Shown here: piece by piece, positions 1 to 9,491 of the stretch | How positions within the stretch are numbered: the first letter of the stretch is position 1 | Layout: each line of letters begins with the position of its first letter | DNA from: a virus | Virus record (IMG/VR): IMGVR_UViG_3300020160_001966 | Location: 52,360 to 116,359 of that record | Strand: one strand, 5' to 3' | Length of the DNA stretch: 64,000 nt | The notes under the pieces: model-generated | Database searches by the model: none | Told to the model about the DNA's origin: nothing | What the model saw: the letters and a program-made list of their open reading frames with translations, nothing else | Program-made: the position numbers and the translations under genes

Positions 1-1
1 A

Positions 2-400
2 GAACATAATGTTCAAAAATACGATATAGGTATACATGTAAGATGTGGTGGAGAAATGGTTGAATGGAACGATTATGATTTTGGTAAAAAAATAATAGAA
101 ACGGAATTTAAAAAAAGATTGGAAGAAATAGCAAATTTTAAAAAAGAAATATTTTTATGCTCAGATTCCAAAAAAGTTTTAGATATGGTTGATAGTTATA
201 ATATAAAAAACATATACTTGAGTCCATATGAACCCAATCATATTGATAGAGGTTTCAATGTTACAGAAAATGACTATATTTCAACTTTTTATGATCTATT
301 GACTTTGGCTAATTGTCGATCAATATATGCGACTCTCGGAGAGTTTGCTAAAACATCTTCTAGAATTTACAACAATGAATTACAATATTTTTACAACTGA
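2..400 (+). CDS. Partial fucosyltransferase-like glycosyltransferase (GT11/GT23-like), 5' truncated by window
   Basis: Frame is open from nt 2 (EHNVQKYDIGIHVRCGGEM...); GIHVRxG motif, FLCSD, and FYDLLTLANC..IYATLGEF C-terminal motif. Confidence 0.6.
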   Translation, partial: EHNVQKYDIGIHVRCGGEMVEWNDYDFGKKIIETEFKKRLEEIANFKKEIFLCSDSKKVLDMVDSYNIKNIYLSPYEPNHIDRGFNVTENDYISTFYDLLTLANCRSIYATLGEFAKTSSRIYNNELQYFYN

Positions 401-1295
401 AAAAGAACAATATCTAGTGGGTAATATCGAGTATGGTGGTTTTGGGGCCATGTATGCTAGAAGAAAACTCATAATGCAAATAGCTCAAGCCTTTAACAGA
501 ATACCCATCTTTAGATATTCTAAAGATTATGTATACGATGATCCATTTTTAGAATTTAATCCAAATATAAATGATTTAAAAAATAAAGGCATAAAAGAAA
601 TTAAAAAATTTGATTTCACTGATAATGATGAGGTAGCGGTTTTTTTCGATTTCGGTTCGTATTGGAATAGTGAAAACATGCATAAGTATCAATGCTGGAG
701 TCCTGATAAAGAAGATTATGTTCAATATTCTGGATATATGTACAATCTTTTAAAGTTAAAGGAAGAATATTCATTAAAGGTAGAAGAAAAGATAGATTTT
801 TTAAAACATAAGTATGATATAAAATCTTTCGATGATTATATAGCAATACATTTAAGAAGAGGCGATAAAATAACAGAAACTAATTACATTAACGATGTTA
901 CATTGTTTGATTATGTGGAAAATTTAAACATAGGGAATAAAATTTTTGTTACTAGCGATGAGTTGGATTATATATATGAAATTGAGCAAAAATATCCAAA
1001 TTTTGAATTTATTTACGATTCTGAAGAAAAAAGATATGGGAATAAAACTATTTCTAATGTTGATATGGTGGCTATGAATCCTTCATTAAAAGAACAAGAG
1101 ACTTTAACATTTGTAAAAAATGTGGAGATTTTAAAAAGATGTAAAGTTGTTATTGGACCTCATAGCGCACAAATGACTAAAATAGCAGGTTCTATGAATT
1201 CTTATTTAAAAAATAAAAAGACTTTGCTTCTTATAAATACAGAAAGCGATAAATGGGAATTAGAGACTATGGGTAGCTCTGAGCAAACTGCTTAA
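375..1295 (+). CDS. Alpha-fucosyltransferase-like protein (NodZ/FUT8 GT23-like)
   Basis: GGFG near N-terminus, AIHLRRGDK, IFVTSD, S.M.KIA motifs; ATG 375 preferred over 327. Confidence 0.65.
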   Translation: MNYNIFTTEKEQYLVGNIEYGGFGAMYARRKLIMQIAQAFNRIPIFRYSKDYVYDDPFLEFNPNINDLKNKGIKEIKKFDFTDNDEVAVFFDFGSYWNSENMHKYQCWSPDKEDYVQYSGYMYNLLKLKEEYSLKVEEKIDFLKHKYDIKSFDDYIAIHLRRGDKITETNYINDVTLFDYVENLNIGNKIFVTSDELDYIYEIEQKYPNFEFIYDSEEKRYGNKTISNVDMVAMNPSLKEQETLTFVKNVEILKRCKVVIGPHSAQMTKIAGSMNSYLKNKKTLLLINTESDKWELETMGSSEQTA

Positions 1296-2073
1296 AAATA
1301 TTTTTCATAATAGTCTTGACTTGTTGTTCTGATGTATCTGGAACACAATTATTCCAAGCTGGTAAGACTCCATGTTTTTGTTTGAAATATTCAGCCCCCC
1401 TTTGAATATTATCAGACCAGTCTTTTCTAGGTCTAATTGTACTGCTATTTTCCGAACATTCTATTTCATCCAAATATTCACAACTATTGGCCAGATCAGG
1501 CCAATTCCAATAAGGTGTGGTATAGCCTTCCTTTGAAATTCTATAAGAATGCTCAACATGCTCAAACGCATTTACAAAATTTTCATCTATAGTTCCACAT
1601 TTATATAGAACTTCTCTACTATAATAACAGAACGCCCCAACACTGTGAGTATTTATAGACAATTTTATATCCCCATAATCCACTATATATCTAGGACAAG
1701 GTTTCCCCTTAGATACCCCATTTTTATTAGCTGGACCATGATATGCAAAACAAAAATGTTGTATACCAGTTATTTTTCTAGCACGAATATATTCGTTAAA
1801 AACATTCGGGTCTTTTACAATTATATCGTCTTCAATAATAAAAATATGGTCCGCTCCAGATTTAATAGCATTTTGAAATAAAATATTTTTACTTTTACCC
1901 ACTCCCAAATTTGTTTTATTTTTTATATAAAAATCATTTCTTTCAACCTCAACATCGATCTTACCATCATTAACAACTCCAATAAAATCAACATTATTAG
2001 ATTTTTTAACAGATTGATAACATTTTTTAAAAAAATCTGTTCTATCGCAAGTAACTATTCCAACAAATACCAT
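1267..2073 (-). CDS. GT2-family glycosyltransferase
   Basis: VGIVTCDR, VVNDG, NLGVGKSKN, IIEDD (DxD-like), FEHVEH. Confidence 0.8.
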   Translation of the reverse strand: MVFVGIVTCDRTDFFKKCYQSVKKSNNVDFIGVVNDGKIDVEVERNDFYIKNKTNLGVGKSKNILFQNAIKSGADHIFIIEDDIIVKDPNVFNEYIRARKITGIQHFCFAYHGPANKNGVSKGKPCPRYIVDYGDIKLSINTHSVGAFCYYSREVLYKCGTIDENFVNAFEHVEHSYRISKEGYTTPYWNWPDLANSCEYLDEIECSENSSTIRPRKDWSDNIQRGAEYFKQKHGVLPAWNNCVPDTSEQQVKTIMKNIFKQFAQSYP

Positions 2074-2095
2074 ACTTGTTTAACTTATCTCCAAA

Positions 2096-2103
2096 TATAA
2101 ATA
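2096..2103 (+). promoter_or_regulatory. T4-type late promoter
   Basis: Exact TATAAATA 6 nt before ATG 2110. Confidence 0.7.
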
Positions 2104-2109
2104 ATTCAA

Positions 2110-2445
2110 ATGGCTGATGGAATTAATATTAGAATTTTACCAAGAACTGAAGTTTTAGATCCTCAAGATCTTTTTATTTTGGACAATAAATTTTTAGGAA
2201 CACAAACACTGGCTTTCAGTTCTGTGGTTCTTTCTGGTTCTCAAGTATCCTTTTATTCAGATTTTTTAAAATTATCATCTTATACCACAAGCACTTTACT
2301 TAGTGGAGGTATATCACCTTCTGGTAACATAATACCATCAAAAGAAGGTATTATATATTATTCGTCAAATACAAAAGATTTATTCGTTTCCGTTGGAAGA
2401 TATTCTGAAAAAGACTGGAAGAGAATATTAACAGTAAATTATTAA
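2110..2445 (+). CDS. Hypothetical, probably virion structural protein
   Basis: ORF after late promoter; N-terminus paralogous to next gene (LP..E...GT....F...V.....SFY). Confidence 0.45.
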   Translation: MADGINIRILPRTEVLDPQDLFILDNKFLGTQTLAFSSVVLSGSQVSFYSDFLKLSSYTTSTLLSGGISPSGNIIPSKEGIIYYSSNTKDLFVSVGRYSEKDWKRILTVNY

Positions 2446-2447
2446 AT

Positions 2448-3017
2448 ATGGCATTATACAATACTAAAAGCGTTAAAGATTTACCACAAGTTGAAGAAGT
2501 TATAGATGGCAATTATCTTCTTATTGAAAATGATTTGGGTACCAATATTATAGATTTTAAAGATTTTGTAATAGGTCCAAATAATGCATCTTTTTATAAC
2601 ACTATAGTATCATTATGTTCTAGATCCATTTCAATGTCTGCCACAGTAGACACTAAGTTACAATCAACGAGTGCCAAAATAGTCGAGGAAAATAACACTA
2701 AGATAGATGCATTAACAGCAAATTATCCTAGATATTTTGTAGTTTATCCGAAGAATCAATTAACAGTGGTTCAAGGCTTGAGATATGGTCAAACCATATT
2801 TAATAGTGAATTGGCGAGCATTGTTCCAGCCGATGTTAATGTGATACCAACCAATACATATGCTGCAAACATGAATTGGGTATTATTGTTATCGAGCACA
2901 CAAAATCCAGGTAATCCTCCAAGCCCAACGCCTTACAGTTACACAATAACAATTTCCTCAACGACTACACTTTCTCAAAATGCGGAGTTCGATTTACGAG
3001 TTTTAACCTTTTATTAA
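2448..3017 (+). CDS. Hypothetical, probably virion structural (fibre/baseplate-like) protein
   Basis: Ser/Thr-rich, beta-rich C-terminus; paralogous N-terminus. Confidence 0.45.
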   Translation: MALYNTKSVKDLPQVEEVIDGNYLLIENDLGTNIIDFKDFVIGPNNASFYNTIVSLCSRSISMSATVDTKLQSTSAKIVEENNTKIDALTANYPRYFVVYPKNQLTVVQGLRYGQTIFNSELASIVPADVNVIPTNTYAANMNWVLLLSSTQNPGNPPSPTPYSYTITISSTTTLSQNAEFDLRVLTFY

Positions 3018-3020
3018 TTT

Positions 3021-3230
3021 TTATTTTAAATGAAAATGTAAGGCTTTTGTAATTTTTCTCAAAATATCTCTATCAGATACCTTCTCGGCCTTTAATCTAG
3101 TTACTTCCTTTTTAAACGCATTAACAAATTCAGAAGATAAATTAAAATTTCTAGGGTAAAACATCCTAGACTTTGTTAATATTGAACCGTAACTCTCTAA
3201 AACTGTATTGACTTTTTTATAAAACTTCAC
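3021..3230 (-). CDS. Small hypothetical with capsid-targeting-like leader
   Basis: MKFYKKVNTVLE; TATAAATA (3236-3243, minus) 5 nt before GTG. Confidence 0.55.
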   Translation of the reverse strand: MKFYKKVNTVLESYGSILTKSRMFYPRNFNLSSEFVNAFKKEVTRLKAEKVSDRDILRKITKALHFHLK

Positions 3231-3238
3231 ATTATTAT

Positions 3239-3946
3239 TTATATCTTAATAATAGGAGTTTTCTCATCGTTCAAAGCTTCTTTTTGTTCATACAAAAGCT
3301 TTTGCATTTCTGCCAATTCGTTAATATCTAAAAGAGATTGATCCTCACCATACATATTACCATCATCTGTAACATACATGGCTATTTGAGCAATTCTTTC
3401 ATGCGGTTGACCATATATGTCGATAATAGCTGGTGCATTATCTTTTTCAAAGAAAGGTAGTTCTTCAGCACCTTTTTTATACTTCTTTAAGATTGCTTTA
3501 AATAAATTATCAATTTCTTCAACGTATTTAGGATCAACTTCTCTTACACCATTCTTTTCAATAGGAGGCATTAAATCTCTAGTACATATGAAAATGACAT
3601 CGAAATGCGCCATCGATTTCCTAACTTTAAATAAAGAATTTTCTATAAATTTATCGTTAAAACCTTTAACTCCATTACCATAACACCACATGGAATATAT
3701 TAAATTATCTAAAGGACATCTATCAAAAACAACATTTTGATGCAATGTGTAGGGTTCAGCTTCAGCGCATAAGATGTCTAAAATTTCTTCCTGCAATTTT
3801 GGAGTAGTATTTTTAGAATGATTTTTCTTTTTAATCAATTTCCTATAATTACTATTAATTAGTTGATATTTAGGCCATTTTTGCAAAAAATGTTGAATTA
3901 TTGTACTTTTACCAGTACATGCGGCTCCACTAAATGCAATTCTCAT
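3239..3946 (-). CDS. P-loop nucleotide kinase (AAA_28/dNMP-kinase-like)
   Basis: IAFSGAACTGKST Walker A, VVFDRCPLD. Confidence 0.75.
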   Translation of the reverse strand: MRIAFSGAACTGKSTIIQHFLQKWPKYQLINSNYRKLIKKKNHSKNTTPKLQEEILDILCAEAEPYTLHQNVVFDRCPLDNLIYSMWCYGNGVKGFNDKFIENSLFKVRKSMAHFDVIFICTRDLMPPIEKNGVREVDPKYVEEIDNLFKAILKKYKKGAEELPFFEKDNAPAIIDIYGQPHERIAQIAMYVTDDGNMYGEDQSLLDINELAEMQKLLYEQKEALNDEKTPIIKI

Positions 3947-3952
3947 AATGAT

Positions 3953-3980
3953 ATATTATCTCAAAAATTACAATATTCAA
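3953..3980 (-). promoter_or_regulatory. Sigma70-type early promoter
   Basis: TTGAAT-N16-TAATAT, 6 nt before ATG 3946. Confidence 0.55.
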
Positions 3981-4000
3981 CTAAAATATATTACCAAACA

Positions 4001-5236
4001 TTATCTAGATTGTATTCTAGCAGGAGGTCTATCTGCTGTAGGAGATTGTTGTTGTCTAACAGAAGGTCTATTAGTTGTTTGAGACTCTTGGCTGTTCTTC
4101 TCATCTTCCTTTTTACCACCTGAGAAAAAGTTTTTAATCGATGTGCCAACATCTCCAGCAAAATTGGAAGCAGAACCAGCGGCACCGCTCATTCCAGATT
4201 GTGGTCTAAAATCTTTACCTTCTCTTCTAACCTGAACATATTCTGGTTTATTATACTCACCTCTACCTTTTTTTGGATTTCTGATATATAATTGAGTTTT
4301 TGGATTATTAACATCTTCCTGTGTTGCTGGTCTATATTTCCCACCACCCATATCAACATATGATGGAAGAGTGTCTTTTCCAAATTTGATAGGCGTTGGT
4401 ACTTGATATTTTGGGGTCTGATCCGATGTTGTGGGTGTCGTTGAAGATCCTTGAACATTTCTTCCTAAAGTAGCTGCATTTTTATAATCAGATGAAGCAT
4501 ATGCCTTGTTTATGATGGGTTGAAACTTTTTAACATCATCTGGATTGTTTATATCGAATCTTTTACCGTTATTATCGTAAAATTGTTTTAAAGCAGATTT
4601 TAATACTTCATTTTTACCTTTATCTAATGAACTTGCTGAATCATATTCACCACCCATGTATTTTTTAAACACATTTTTAAGTCTTTCATCAGCGGCTAAT
4701 TCAGCTTCACTTCCAGTAGCTTGTGTCGTTTTTTCCGCTTCTGAAGATACTTCATTTCCAGCAGTTTCTTGTGACGGCGCGGCATCTACTCCACCATCTG
4801 GTACACTCACAGGTTCAATTTCTTCTATAGATGCATCTTTGCCAGCAGTGGGAGTTTCACTTTCAACTTCTTCTGGAGTATCACCAGAGTTTATTATCTC
4901 TATTACAACTGGTTGAAAATCTGAATTATAAACACTTGGAAATACAGTTACTAAATTGTTTTGAAATTCTCTAAAAGCATTTGTGGCTTTTTGATCATTG
5001 GAATTTAGATAAGCTTTACCAGCATCTGTATTTGCAGCATCTTTATATCCATTTAAAAATTCCAAAGCTTTTTCATACATGCTAACGCCGCCAGGTGTTT
5101 CGACTTTAGGATTATTTAAAAATTCCTTTTTTTGTTCTTCGGATAAATTTGAAAAATAATTGTTAAATTTAATTATTTTAGAAATTACATCTTCCATGTT
5201 ATTTTCATTCTGTTCTCTCAATATTTTATATTTCAT
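4001..5236 (-). CDS. Hypothetical low-complexity protein, candidate internal head protein
   Basis: Likely start MKYKILREQ at 5236 (the upstream extension overlaps the previous gene); acidic/Thr-rich linkers. Confidence 0.55.
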   Translation of the reverse strand: MKYKILREQNENNMEDVISKIIKFNNYFSNLSEEQKKEFLNNPKVETPGGVSMYEKALEFLNGYKDAANTDAGKAYLNSNDQKATNAFREFQNNLVTVFPSVYNSDFQPVVIEIINSGDTPEEVESETPTAGKDASIEEIEPVSVPDGGVDAAPSQETAGNEVSSEAEKTTQATGSEAELAADERLKNVFKKYMGGEYDSASSLDKGKNEVLKSALKQFYDNNGKRFDINNPDDVKKFQPIINKAYASSDYKNAATLGRNVQGSSTTPTTSDQTPKYQVPTPIKFGKDTLPSYVDMGGGKYRPATQEDVNNPKTQLYIRNPKKGRGEYNKPEYVQVRREGKDFRPQSGMSGAAGSASNFAGDVGTSIKNFFSGGKKEDEKNSQESQTTNRPSVRQQQSPTADRPPARIQSR

Positions 5237-5243
5237 AATACTA

Positions 5244-6041
5244 TTAAAAAGTGGGTTCTGGCAAGTTTGCACTTGAAGATGATCTTTTAGGTTTAGGTGA
5301 TGGTTTAGGGGATGGGGAAGGCGATGCTTTAGGAGTTGCTTTTGAAGATGGTGAGGGGGTTGGTTTTGGTGATGGTTTACCATTCTCGGAATCTTGAGGT
5401 TGATTTTCATCAGATGATGTAGACATCGCAACATTCGCACCAACATGTGCCAATAATGTTCTAGCACCAATAGCACCTAAAACTGCAACTAAAATTTCTT
5501 GCATATTTTTTGGTGAAGATTTAAATATTGTTTTAAAACCATTTATAAATTCTGGTTTTGAAAAAATAATATTTAGTATTTTTTGAATAATAGCCATTAT
5601 ACCTTTAAAAACATAAGCATTTTTGGATGCAGCACTTATAGCAGAACCGCCTTTCCAAGCCACTTTCAAAACCTTTAATCTACCAATCATTGGTATTGAG
5701 AAGAATATACTCAATAAAAGTTCAAATTTATTTTCATCTGAAGGATCGGATTGGTATTTTTTTAAATTTTTTTCAACATCTGGCCAACTGGTAATGCCTG
5801 TTGGATCAAGACATGATAAAAATTCCCCAATTGGATGTTCGAGTATTCCTTGCAAATCGATCAATCCATCAGTGCTTCTTTTTATGGATTCCATAAAATC
5901 TGAAGTTAAACTATATTTTCCAGAAAAATATCCTGCTATCGGTGCTGCTATAGCGGCTAACAACGCTAACGGCACTGCTTCATTTATAAGTTGTACATTA
6001 TTTTTATAATTTTCAAAAATTAACTCGCAGTCTTTATTCAT
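5244..6041 (-). CDS. Hypothetical with hydrophobic helices and Pro/Ser/Lys tail; candidate ejection protein
   Basis: MNKDCELIFENY...LINEA leader; AVPLALLAAIAAPIAGYF; DPTGITSWPDV...IPMIG; TAAATA upstream. Confidence 0.55.
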   Translation of the reverse strand: MNKDCELIFENYKNNVQLINEAVPLALLAAIAAPIAGYFSGKYSLTSDFMESIKRSTDGLIDLQGILEHPIGEFLSCLDPTGITSWPDVEKNLKKYQSDPSDENKFELLLSIFFSIPMIGRLKVLKVAWKGGSAISAASKNAYVFKGIMAIIQKILNIIFSKPEFINGFKTIFKSSPKNMQEILVAVLGAIGARTLLAHVGANVAMSTSSDENQPQDSENGKPSPKPTPSPSSKATPKASPSPSPKPSPKPKRSSSSANLPEPTF

Positions 6042-6114
6042 AATATCTTTATTTATTTAGTTTTTTTTTATTTATGATATCAATTTAAGGTTTGAGTTTA
6101 TAATACAAATATTT

Positions 6115-6708
6115 TTAATTATATACAAGAGCAGGATTCCTCCAGACACTACCATCCCACCATTCAAAACCTTGAAGATTCTTTTTATAGGACAAAAAAT
6201 GTACATAGTATTGAGATATGTATAAATACTCGTAACCTTCTTTGAATAATTTGTCTATCATAAAATAATAAGATAGAGTTCCATAAGAATGTTTTTTACT
6301 CGACTCATCCCAAACCATCATTGGAAAGTAAGGTATATTATCTCTAAAATATAAAAGTCCGCAAAAACAATCATCGAAAAAGAATTTGAAAGTATTGGGG
6401 TCTTCTAGAAGAATAGGTAAAGTTATACTACAGTATTTTTCTTTATTCGCCATTTGAGCGATTTCCAGTACATCTTTATCATATGTTATATTAATTTTTG
6501 AAAGTCTTTTCTGTCTTTTTTTAGATATGGGTTTTAATTTCAACCTCGAAGATCTAACTTGATACCAAGAATCGCTTTTAGGAAATTCAGGCAACCACCC
6601 GTTCTCAAACATATATTCGGATGTTTCATGCTCTTGTTTTGCTGTAACAGTCAAATAATTGTGTCCATCGGTATACAAGCCGTCATTGTGATCAAAAAAA
6701 ATTTTCAT
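6115..6708 (-). CDS. Arg/Leu-tRNA-protein transferase (ATE/Bpt)-like GNAT-fold protein
   Basis: ENGW, WYQVRSSR, SYGTLSYYFMI, YLYISQYY, YKKNLQGFEWWDG resemble ATE motifs. Confidence 0.6.
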   Translation of the reverse strand: MKIFFDHNDGLYTDGHNYLTVTAKQEHETSEYMFENGWLPEFPKSDSWYQVRSSRLKLKPISKKRQKRLSKINITYDKDVLEIAQMANKEKYCSITLPILLEDPNTFKFFFDDCFCGLLYFRDNIPYFPMMVWDESSKKHSYGTLSYYFMIDKLFKEGYEYLYISQYYVHFLSYKKNLQGFEWWDGSVWRNPALVYN

Positions 6709-7453
6709 TTGTTTTTTTAAATTTTAATTCAAAAGGCTCCACATAAGGATAACCATCTTCTATATAAAGTTTGTTGTAATTTAAAATTTCATCAGTATGG
6801 TACTTTATACTTCTTTCGCCAAATGAAAAATTGACTTCTGGTAAGTGATTAACGCTTAAACATTCAAAACCATATTTTTCAGCTATTTTTATCACATTAG
6901 ATACAGTTTGGGGATAGTACTTGAAAAAATTTTCATAATATTTCCTATTTTGTGTTTTTTCAAAAGTATCAGAAACATCAAACGTTTCTTTTAGAAATAA
7001 AATTCCTCCGTCTGCAAGAACTATATTACAATTTTTTAAAGTATTTTCTATTTTGGAGTGAAATAAACTCTCTAAAAAAACACAATGGGTCATGTCTTTT
7101 CCAGTATAATTTTCCATGTCTTCGACTTTAAATACGCAATTTGGAAAATTTGTTCTGGCTTGTTTTACACATTCTTCACTATTAGAAATGCCTTCAGCGT
7201 AACATATTTTACTTAATTTATCAACCATATAACCTGTACCACATCCCATATCAACTACCCTAGAATTTTTGTCGATACCGCTTTGCTTGATAATATGATC
7301 CATGAATTCTTTTTCATCTTTACCCACTGCAAAATTGCAATAAAAGGGAACCTCTAATGGATGACTAAGCAATCCAATTTGAGCGTTGTAAAATTCTCTA
7401 GCGTCTTTCCAAGGAACTTCTATTGTTATATAATTCTCACCAATTTCGGTCAT
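6692..7453 (-). CDS. Class I SAM-dependent methyltransferase
   Basis: VVDMGCGTG motif I; FLESLFH; GGILFLKE. Confidence 0.8.
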   Translation of the reverse strand: MTEIGENYITIEVPWKDAREFYNAQIGLLSHPLEVPFYCNFAVGKDEKEFMDHIIKQSGIDKNSRVVDMGCGTGYMVDKLSKICYAEGISNSEECVKQARTNFPNCVFKVEDMENYTGKDMTHCVFLESLFHSKIENTLKNCNIVLADGGILFLKETFDVSDTFEKTQNRKYYENFFKYYPQTVSNVIKIAEKYGFECLSVNHLPEVNFSFGERSIKYHTDEILNYNKLYIEDGYPYVEPFELKFKKTNENFF

Positions 7454-7491
7454 ATGTATTATATACTAATAATAAATAAAATTACAAAATA

Positions 7492-8238
7492 TTATTTATT
7501 AATAAAATTTTGTAATTTCTTACCACTCTCAGAATTTGATATAGCACCCCATGCTTGAGATAATGTTCCTTGTAAAGCTTTTTGCATTGCAGATGTTGAA
7601 AAATCCATAACAGCGTTTCCAGCATTTTGTAAAGTATCTTTCCAAGAATTATTTTCTGGTGGCGTGGTATTACCATCTTTATCAACATTTTCTTCTTTAT
7701 CATCTGGAATTGTATTATTCTGTTCTATTCCAACCTTAGAAGATCTTGCAACTCCAAGATGAACGTGATCATAATGATTACCACCAACATTTGATAACCA
7801 AATAATCTGGATTCTAAAACCATCTGGTGTATAATATTTGAAATCTCTACCCTCATAAGGTTTCCAAGAAGTAACATTTGCTCCACAATTTCTAGCAACA
7901 GCTATTGCAAATTGCGTTCCAGCCTCAACGTTTCCATTAAATGTCGTATTCAAACCAAAATCTGCTGCATATGCTGTCGTATTTCCAACATAATGATCTG
8001 ACATATACCCCGATTTCGTATTTTTTGTCCCCCTTTTTAAAGAATATGCTTTCCAATTACCCATGGGTAAAAGCGATATAAGTTTTGGCATGGAACCTCC
8101 CCAATCCCCATTTGAACCTCCAGCACTAGGTTGACCAGATGCATTTGCAACACCCACCAATGACCCTAAAGGGTTTTTATATGCCTCAAGAATAATATTA
8201 TATTGTTTTAATATATTATGTGTGTCGGAATTAAACAT
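7492..8238 (-). CDS. Peptidase M15-like Zn peptidoglycan hydrolase
   Basis: SDH-x7-AAD and HYDHVH Zn-ligand motifs. Confidence 0.6.
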   Translation of the reverse strand: MFNSDTHNILKQYNIILEAYKNPLGSLVGVANASGQPSAGGSNGDWGGSMPKLISLLPMGNWKAYSLKRGTKNTKSGYMSDHYVGNTTAYAADFGLNTTFNGNVEAGTQFAIAVARNCGANVTSWKPYEGRDFKYYTPDGFRIQIIWLSNVGGNHYDHVHLGVARSSKVGIEQNNTIPDDKEENVDKDGNTTPPENNSWKDTLQNAGNAVMDFSTSAMQKALQGTLSQAWGAISNSESGKKLQNFINK

Positions 8239-8244
8239 ATTCGA

Positions 8245-8919
8245 TTATTTCATATAGCTACTCATAAAATCTTCGTATTTTTTACCAATAGCCCCCTTTG
8301 CTGTATTTAAAACAGAAGATAATGCTTTTTTCATTCCCTCTTTACTAAAATCCCCACCAGTTAAATCATATACTTGTTGTTTAACATCATCGTATGTACT
8401 AGATGCAACATCTCCAATTTTAGACAATGTATCATTTTCTTCCGAACCATTATCACTTTCATCGTTTGATTTAATATTTGAAACTATTTCTCTTTCGTAA
8501 TCGGAATTAGGTTTTATATTTAAAGGTGTAACTACCAAGTTATTACTATTTTTACCCAAATTTGCAAAATAATTGTACATTTGTTTATCAGATCCAGAGT
8601 AAAAATCTATATTGTTTGTGACAGAACCACCACCTTTATCATCAACTCTATATATACCTTCAGTATTTCCAAATTCAGAACCTACAGGTCTTCCAGTTCT
8701 TTTATCTACTATTTTGACAATAGTACCGTGTGGAAGTTTATTATTTGCTACAGAATATCCTGCTATTAATTTGTTGTTTTTATTTCCCATGTATTGCCAC
8801 TCTGGTTTCAATATACCGTTCCTTATTTCACTTGCAGTTGTGCTATCAATATCAGCATTTCCATAAGCTGTGGCTCCAAACATATATTTTTCCAAAACAA
8901 ATTGTTTAAATGTTCTCAC
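8245..8919 (-). CDS. 3D-domain (MltA/RlpA-like) peptidoglycan-active protein
   Basis: ATAY, VANNKLPHGTIVKI, YRVDDKGG, NIDFY; starts MRTFKQFVLE. Confidence 0.7.
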   Translation of the reverse strand: MRTFKQFVLEKYMFGATAYGNADIDSTTASEIRNGILKPEWQYMGNKNNKLIAGYSVANNKLPHGTIVKIVDKRTGRPVGSEFGNTEGIYRVDDKGGGSVTNNIDFYSGSDKQMYNYFANLGKNSNNLVVTPLNIKPNSDYEREIVSNIKSNDESDNGSEENDTLSKIGDVASSTYDDVKQQVYDLTGGDFSKEGMKKALSSVLNTAKGAIGKKYEDFMSSYMK

Positions 8920-8957
8920 GTTAATATTTATAATAAAGAAACACTAAATATTCTTAT

Positions 8958-9482
8958 ATGGTTGGAAAAAAAGATACAGTAATGATATTTGAAAAATATC
9001 GCAACGTTTTAGCTGAACAACAACAAAACAATAATATACAGTCTATAATAAATCAAATAAACACTTCAGCTTTAGCTCCAGAAGTTAAACAAGGTCTAGT
9101 TTCTTTATTAAAAAATCCCGAAGTTGCATCTAAATGGCAAAGTGGTGATGCTGATACTGTGAATGCTGGTGATTCAAATTTTGCTAAAGAATTATCAATG
9201 GCAAAATATGGCGCTCCAGATCAAGATTTAGCAAATGCTCCAGATCCCAATTTTGCTAAAGAAATGGCCGCTGAAAGAGCTAAACAACAAAAGCAATATC
9301 CAGAACAAGAAGAAAACGAAGAATCTCCAGTAAATTGTGCAACTCTCCCCACACCAGAGGAAAGAAACAATTGTAACGTTAGAAGAAAACAAGTTGCAAT
9401 CAACAGTTTTTCAAAAATTCAAAATCCAGAGAAAAAAACGGTTTATAACGATCCTAACACCAGCAATAAAAGCTGGTTTTAA
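8958..9482 (+). CDS. Hypothetical with capsid-targeting-like leader
   Basis: KKDTVMIFEKYRNVLAEQ; CTAAATA 7 nt upstream. Confidence 0.55.
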   Translation: MVGKKDTVMIFEKYRNVLAEQQQNNNIQSIINQINTSALAPEVKQGLVSLLKNPEVASKWQSGDADTVNAGDSNFAKELSMAKYGAPDQDLANAPDPNFAKEMAAERAKQQKQYPEQEENEESPVNCATLPTPEERNNCNVRRKQVAINSFSKIQNPEKKTVYNDPNTSNKSWF

Positions 9483-9491
9483 TATAAAAAA

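Noticed and set aside
5237-5476. N-terminal extension of the 491-aa ORF (His/Pro-rich)
   Set aside because: It is an alternate-frame read of the Pro/Ser tail of the upstream gene; the likely start is 5236.
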